Below are positions 58,523 to 64,000 of a stretch of DNA of 64,000 bases, piece after piece. Source of the DNA: an uncultured delta proteobacterium (lineage in GTDB: Bacteria; Myxococcota_A; Polyangia; Polyangiales; B10-G4). Position 1 is the first letter of the stretch, and every line of letters begins with the position of its first letter. Where the stretch lies: the NCBI GenBank assembly GCA_963727445.1, contig CAVSGI010000013.1:81316-145315 (forward strand), written 5' to 3'. The notes beneath the pieces were generated by a model. The model saw nothing but the letters and a program-made list of their open reading frames with translations, was not told the DNA's origin and ran no database searches. The position numbers and the translations under genes were made by a program.

Positions 58523-60110
58523 TCAGAAGCCGAAGTCGTCGACCAGGGGTGACGTGTTGGACATCGTCATCATGGGGGAGGTCATCATCTGCGTCCTCAC
58601 CATGCGCCCGCTGTGTCGACTCGGGCGCACCGTCTTGGTCGGAGGAGGCGTCTCGGCCGCGACCACCTCCGGCGAAGCGGCGTCAGGCTCGGCCTCCGTG
58701 ACCTCGGCTTCACCCTCTTCGCCCGCTCCGACCTCGCTCGGCGTGCTCGGCACCTCGGGCTCCGCCACGTCGACGGATTCGGGCGCGTCGCCTCCCTCGG
58801 GGGGCGGGCTGCCCGAGGCGATCGGAAGTGGGGTGACGCTGGGCTCGTGGTCGTTGGACGAGGCGATCAGGATGGTCAGCCCTACGCCCAGTGCCAGCGC
58901 CACCAGGCTCGTCGCGAGGAGGCCGACAAGCAGCTTTCGGGAGCTGGGACGGGGCGTCGGCACCGCCGAGACCAGGGTCCCGCCCTGCGGGGGCGTCTGG
59001 AAGGGCGGCGAGGTCTGCTCCGCGGCGGAGGCGCTCTCGTCGCTGAGGGCGTCGAGGAACTCCACGCCGGTAGCGCTGATCGTCATGGTCTTCAGGACCT
59101 CCTCGGCTTCGAGGTCCCCACCGCCGACCTTCGCCAGGTCGATGCCCATGACGCTCGCCGGGAGCTTGGCGCGGGCGCGGGCGATCTGCCGATCCATCAC
59201 AGCGCCGAGCAGCTCGGACAGATGCGAGGCGTCGAGTGCCACGGCGCGCGGCATCGCGTCGGCGAGCTCTCGCCGGAATTGCTGGGCGGTCTGATAACGC
59301 GCGTCCGCGTTCGGCGCGAGCGCCCTCATCACGACCCGATCGAGCTCGGGCGGGATGTCCGGCACCAGATGGCTCGGAGGCACCACGTGCGGATTCTCGC
59401 ACCTGTTCGAGGAGGGCGAAGTCGTTGTCCGCATTGAAGAGACGCCGCATGACCAGCATCTCCCACAGCACGACGCCGAGCGCGTAGACGTCGGAGCGGC
59501 GGTCGACGGCTCGCCCGGTCGCCTGCTCCGGCGCCATGTAGGAGATCTTGCCCTTGAGCGTGGCGCCCGTGGTCTGCATCGACCGAAAGCGCGCCTTGGC
59601 CACGCCGAAGTCGATCAACTTCACGTGCCCTTCCCACGCGAGGAGCACGTTCTGCGGGCTGACGTCGCGATGCACCACGCCGAGCGGTTCACCCTCGGGG
59701 CTGCGCAGCTCGTGGGCGGTGTGCAATCCGTCGGCGACGCGCACCGCGATGTGCACCGCCAGTTGGGGTGAGAGACGGCGGTCGCGCTTGGCGAGCTCAC
59801 GCAAGAGCTGGGAGAGGGCGCAGCCGTTGACGTACTCCATCACCAGGAAGTGAGCGCCGTCGACCTGACGCAGCTCCTCCACGTGGACCACGTTCGGGTG
59901 CTGGATCTGCGCCGAGAGCAGCGCCTCGTCGACGAACATCCGGACGAAGTTCGGGTCCTCGGCGAGGTGCGCGTGGACGACCTTGATCGCGACGTGCTTC
60001 TTGAAGCCGGAGGCACCGAGACGGCGGGCCAGGAAGAGGGTCGCCATCCCTCCCCCCTTCAGCCGAGCGACGATCTCGTAGTCGCCGATCTTGTCCCCGG
60101 ACTGAAACAC
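58523..60110 (-). CDS. Ser/Thr protein kinase, frameshifted near 59388-59396, with TM helix and Pro/Glu/Ala-rich C-terminal tail
   Basis: The kinase domain (GGGMATLF...AIK, HRDVSPQNVL, DFGVAK, SYMAPE) is in frame 2 up to ...FALLEQV. The continuation ENPHVVPPSHLVPDIPPELDRVVMRALAPNADARYQTAQQF... plus TM LLVGLLATSLVALALGVGLTILIA is in frame 1 (ORF 58523-59434). Confidence 0.75.
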
Positions 60111-60253
60111 CCGCGTAATCTACCAGCTCTGGCCGCTCCGAGCCCGAGCGCGAGGTCGCCAGCCCGATCCGTAGTGGATGACCGGATGGGGCGCCTCGTT
60201 TCCTCGCGCGGGATGAGCGATCGCCGGCGATTGCCCGGCGTTACCCGCCCCGG

Positions 60254-61438
60254 TCAGATGAGGATCACGCCACAGGGGAAGTTCGCGCGGAGGATCCCGC
60301 CACCGTCGAGAAATTCCGTGCAGGCGTCGCCCATGAGGCGGATGTGGCTCTCGTCGGTGGCGCTCCATCCGTTGGGGTCGTCGCAGGCGAGTGGGGTCCC
60401 GTCGAGGGTGACCGTTCCCTCGCACGCGCGCTCCGGGTCGAGCATCCCGTCGAGCGCGACGTCGCAGGAGCCGATACCGCCGATGATGCCATCGAAAGCG
60501 GCCTCGAGGCCGGCCGTGTCGGTCACGACCCAGAACTCCGCGTCGGGGTCTCCGGCCATGCGGCCGAGCCCGGCGTTGGCGATGTCCTGCAGGTGCGCCA
60601 TCGCGACGCCCGTCCCGACGCTGATCACGTAGGTCTGGATGCCCGCGCCGTACGCGTTGGTCACGGCTTCGACCGAGAGGCGCCGTCCGTTCGTGGTGTC
60701 GTCGCCGTCGGCACAGGTGTCGGGCTCGCCGTCCGTCGCCAGCACGAAGACCACGGGGTCGGGCCCGCCGAGGACCTCCGCCGGGAGCATCGCCCGCACC
60801 GCATCGATCGACTCCCCGGTCGGCGTGTCTCCGTCCGGCGTGTACATGTTCCAGAGCGCGTCGATGTCGGCGTAGTTGTCGGGCTGGGGCGGCTCGAAGA
60901 TGATGTCGGGACATCCCGCCACGTCACGCGAGTTCGAGTAGAGCGCGAGCCCGAAGTGGATGGCCGACTGGCGCCGATTGATGAAGGACGCGGGGTCGAG
61001 GAGCGAGTCGCGCAGGGTGTTCCATCGGCTGTCTCCGTCGAAGTCGTCATCCATGCTCCCGCTGCGATCGACGATCAACATCACCCGGGGCACCTGGACG
61101 TTGACGCCGACCTCGACCGAGGCACAGGTGTTGTCGAGCGGAGCGCCGTCGCCCGGCGGTCGGCTGTCGGCGCTTCCGTCCATCGCGGTCGCCACGCAGC
61201 GGCCCTCGGCGTTGCACGTCTCGCGGCTGCTGCACTCACCGCCGCCCGCCGTACAGTCCGCTGTGCACGCGCCGCCTTCACAGTAGAGCCCCACCGGGCA
61301 CTCGGAGGTGTCGGCACACGCCGCCCCGCATCCCGCGATGGTGCCATCTCCTTCACAAGGCCCCGCGGGTGACGAGCAGTCGCAGGCGGCGACGGGCAGC
61401 GCGAAGAAGCAGAGCACGAGGGAGGCAAAGCGGTTCAT
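60254..61438 (-). CDS. von Willebrand factor A (VWA) domain lipoprotein with Cys-rich N-terminal region
   Basis: Lipobox LVLCFFALPVAAC. VWA MIDAS-like VMLIVDRSGSMDDD...FVLATDGEPDTC. Confidence 0.75.
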   Translation of the reverse strand: MNRFASLVLCFFALPVAACDCSSPAGPCEGDGTIAGCGAACADTSECPVGLYCEGGACTADCTAGGGECSSRETCNAEGRCVATAMDGSADSRPPGDGAPLDNTCASVEVGVNVQVPRVMLIVDRSGSMDDDFDGDSRWNTLRDSLLDPASFINRRQSAIHFGLALYSNSRDVAGCPDIIFEPPQPDNYADIDALWNMYTPDGDTPTGESIDAVRAMLPAEVLGGPDPVVFVLATDGEPDTCADGDDTTNGRRLSVEAVTNAYGAGIQTYVISVGTGVAMAHLQDIANAGLGRMAGDPDAEFWVVTDTAGLEAAFDGIIGGIGSCDVALDGMLDPERACEGTVTLDGTPLACDDPNGWSATDESHIRLMGDACTEFLDGGGILRANFPCGVILI

Positions 61439-61527
61439 CCCTCGAATATACCGCGTGCGGGCCGTCGAGGGTTGTCCGCGAGCGAAATGCGAATAGTCGT
61501 TTCAGCGTGAACGATGGAACGAACAGA

Positions 61528-62067
61528 ATGACGAAGGCTCATCTCTACACATCAGTGCTCTTCATCTCGCTTTCCGCGTGCGCGCACGCGCCCGAGACCA
61601 GGCCGCGACAGAGCGCCCTCGAGAACAGGGCGGAACGAGTCGTGAGAACGATGACGGCAGAAGATCCGTCTCTGGCACCGGTCCTCGAAGAGGCACCCGG
61701 TTACGCAGTCTTCCCGACGGTGGGAGAAGGCGGGTTCCTCGCGACCGGCAGCGGCGGCGTGGGCGTGGTCTACGCGCACGGCGACCCGATCGGATTCGTC
61801 GAGCTCCGAGAAGGAGCGGTCGGCCCACAGATCGGCGGTCAGACCTATTCCGAGCTCGTCGTCTTCCGCACCGAAGAAGCGCTGGACCGCCTCGAGGCAG
61901 ACGACGTCGATCTCACCGCGGACGCGAGCGCCACGCTGGTGCGCTCGGGTGCAGCGGCCGAGGCCACTTTCGAAGGCGGCAAGGCGGTCTTCGTCGACGA
62001 CGAGCGCGGGCTGATGGCGGCGGCGGCCGTCGGCGTGCAGTCGCTCACCTTCGTCCCGCGGAGCTGA
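61528..62067 (+). CDS. SYLF (Ysc84/DUF500-like) domain lipoprotein
   Basis: Lipobox VLFISLSAC. GFLATGSGGVGVVYAHGDPIGFVELREGAVGPQIGGQTYSELVVF resembles the SYLF domain. Confidence 0.6.
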   Translation: MTKAHLYTSVLFISLSACAHAPETRPRQSALENRAERVVRTMTAEDPSLAPVLEEAPGYAVFPTVGEGGFLATGSGGVGVVYAHGDPIGFVELREGAVGPQIGGQTYSELVVFRTEEALDRLEADDVDLTADASATLVRSGAAAEATFEGGKAVFVDDERGLMAAAAVGVQSLTFVPRS

Positions 62068-62120
62068 ACGACGGGCCGAGCCGTGGTTGCGGAACCGCCG
62101 AGCGCGGCTACGCGATCTAC

Positions 62121-63989
62121 ATGACCGATACCAAAGGCGGGCGTGACCTGGCGGAGGAATCTCGTCAGGCGGAGTGGGAAGGCGAGAGCTTCCTTCGCGA
62201 CTTGTTCATGGGCAGGTTTCGCCTCTCGCTTCTCGAAGCGATCGACCTCGAGCCGGCGCCGACCACTCGTGGTGCGAAGTTCATGCACGACCTCGAGAGC
62301 CTCCTCTCGCGCGTCGATCCGACGGAGATCGACGAGAGCGGGGAGTACCCGGATTGGCTCGTCCGAGAGCTCGCGGAGATCGGCGCCTTCGGAATGAAGA
62401 TACCGACCGACTACGGCGGCCTGGGTCTGTCGCATCGTGACTACATGATGGCGATGTCGATGCTGGGCGCGGTCGACGCAAACGTCACGGCGCTGCTGAG
62501 CGCGCACCAGGCCATCGGCGTTCCTCAGCCCATCCTCCTCTTCGGAACCGAGGAGCAGAAGAGGCGCTTCTTGCCCCGCTGCGCACGTGGGGACATCAGC
62601 GCGTTCGCTCTCACCGAACCCGCGGTGGGCTCGGATCCGGCACGCATCGCCACCCGCGTGCGCCGCGACGGCGACCACTTCGTCATCGACGGCGAGAAGC
62701 TGTGGTGCACCAACGGGACCCTCGCGAAGCTCATCGTCGTGATGGCGCGCGACGCCGACACCGATCGCATCAGCGCTTTCGTGGTCGACACCGACACGCC
62801 CGGCGTCGAGGTCCTCCAGCGATGCCATTTCATGGGCCTTCACGCGCTCGCCAACGCGCACCTCCGCTTCGACGGCGTGACGGTCCCTCGCGACAACCTC
62901 ATCGGACAGGAGGGTGATGGACTGAGGATCGCGCTACAGACGCTGAACACCGGTCGGCTCACGCTCCCGGCAGCGACCGCCGGTGCCGCCAAGAGGTGCG
63001 TTCAGATCACGAGGGAGTGGTCGAGCGTACGGAAGCAGTGGGGCGACGCCATTGGCGAGCACGAGGCGGTGGCGCTCCACAACGCCTGGATCGCTCGCAG
63101 CGCGTTCGCCATGGAGGCGGTGGCGCACGCGCTCGGCGAGCTCGCCGACGACGAGGCCTACGACATCCGGCTCGAGGCGGCCGCCGCCAAGGAGTGGAAC
63201 ACCACCCGCCATTGGGAGATGATCGACCGGACGCTGCAGGTGCGTGGAGGACGTGGATACGAGACCGCCTCCTCGCTCGCTTCCCGCGGTGAGCCTCCGA
63301 TCGGCGTCGAGCGAATGATGCGCGACGCGCGCATCAACCGGATCTTCGAGGGATCGAGCGAGATCATGCATCTCTTCCTCGCTCGCGAGGCCCTGGACCA
63401 ACACATCCACGTCGCCGAGAGGTTGATCGATCCGAAGGCGACGTTGGGGACCAAGCTCGCGGCGCTCCCGCGCATCGTCGGTTTCTACGCGCGGTGGTTC
63501 CCCAAGCTCTTCTTCAGCTGGAGCCTCGCTTCCGTCTGGCCCTACGGGCGATTCGCCGGGCACCTGCGGTTCGTCGACCGCGCTTCGCGGAGACTCGCCC
63601 GCAAGCTCTTCTACGGGATGGTGCGCTATCGCGCGGCCCTCGAGGAGCAGCAGGCGTTCCTCTTTCGCGCGGTCGACGTCGGGCTGGAGCTCTTCGCGAT
63701 GACCTGCGGGATCGTTCGAGCGCGTCAGCTCGAACAGCGGGGGGCGCCCCACCGGCGACAGGCTGCTCGTCTCGCCGACGACTACGCCTGGGAGGCACGG
63801 GATCGGATCGAGACCCTGCTCGCCGGCCTCTTTCGAAACCACGACGAGCGCTTCGCCGCGACGGGGCGCGCGCTCCTCGACGGCGCCCATCTCCACCTCG
63901 AGGAAGGCATCCCCGACCTCCCCTACGACGCCGAGTCGCTCCGTCCGCCCACGATGGAGGAGCGACTCGAAGAGTCCGAGGCCGCGTGA
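62121..63989 (+). CDS. acyl-CoA dehydrogenase family protein with long C-terminal extension
   Basis: ACAD N-terminal, middle (CTNG) and C-terminal helical domains (LQVRGGRGYETA...RINRIFEGSSEIMHLFLARE), plus an extra domain of about 200 aa. Confidence 0.85.
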   Translation: MTDTKGGRDLAEESRQAEWEGESFLRDLFMGRFRLSLLEAIDLEPAPTTRGAKFMHDLESLLSRVDPTEIDESGEYPDWLVRELAEIGAFGMKIPTDYGGLGLSHRDYMMAMSMLGAVDANVTALLSAHQAIGVPQPILLFGTEEQKRRFLPRCARGDISAFALTEPAVGSDPARIATRVRRDGDHFVIDGEKLWCTNGTLAKLIVVMARDADTDRISAFVVDTDTPGVEVLQRCHFMGLHALANAHLRFDGVTVPRDNLIGQEGDGLRIALQTLNTGRLTLPAATAGAAKRCVQITREWSSVRKQWGDAIGEHEAVALHNAWIARSAFAMEAVAHALGELADDEAYDIRLEAAAAKEWNTTRHWEMIDRTLQVRGGRGYETASSLASRGEPPIGVERMMRDARINRIFEGSSEIMHLFLAREALDQHIHVAERLIDPKATLGTKLAALPRIVGFYARWFPKLFFSWSLASVWPYGRFAGHLRFVDRASRRLARKLFYGMVRYRAALEEQQAFLFRAVDVGLELFAMTCGIVRARQLEQRGAPHRRQAARLADDYAWEARDRIETLLAGLFRNHDERFAATGRALLDGAHLHLEEGIPDLPYDAESLRPPTMEERLEESEAA

Positions 63990-64000
63990 TGGACACCGAA
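63986..64000 (+). CDS. 5' end of next gene (ATG overlapping the upstream TGA); product unknown
   Basis: The gcgtgATGgacaccgaa overlap (ATGA) is typical of translational coupling. The window ends after 5 codons. Confidence 0.3.

Overview
The window is about 70% GC and dense with lipoproteins, Ser/Thr kinase plus PEGA/TPR modules, a MYXO-CTERM sorting signal and Cys-rich DUF4215-like repeats. This points to a Myxococcota (myxobacterial) chromosome segment. I found no rRNA, tRNA, CRISPR arrays or transposases. About 48 protein-coding genes can be supported. They include a partial sigma-54 activator, a pgi / zwf-tal pentose-phosphate cluster, an NhaP antiporter, a TLC-like transporter fused to HEAT repeats, an ECF sigma factor, a DUF1552/DUF1592 pair, a lactate-oxidase-like FMN enzyme and an acyl-CoA dehydrogenase. 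The most unusual features are a bacterial major-vault-protein (MVP) homologue with an HhH DNA-binding partner, a tricistronic AIM24 operon ending in a secreted degenerate 5'-nucleotidase/beta-barrel protein, a KKAT-repeat/WGR-like/DUF1963-like protein, and a B12-dependent ribonucleotide reductase gene (nrdJ) broken by many 1-2 nt indels. Three other genes carry single frameshifts, which suggests either an indel-prone assembly or real gene decay. Many very long ORFs on the opposite strand or in alternate frames are GC-driven artefacts and are listed under rejected items. Coordinates taken from the ORF track are reliable; positions I derived by hand may be off by 1-2 nt.
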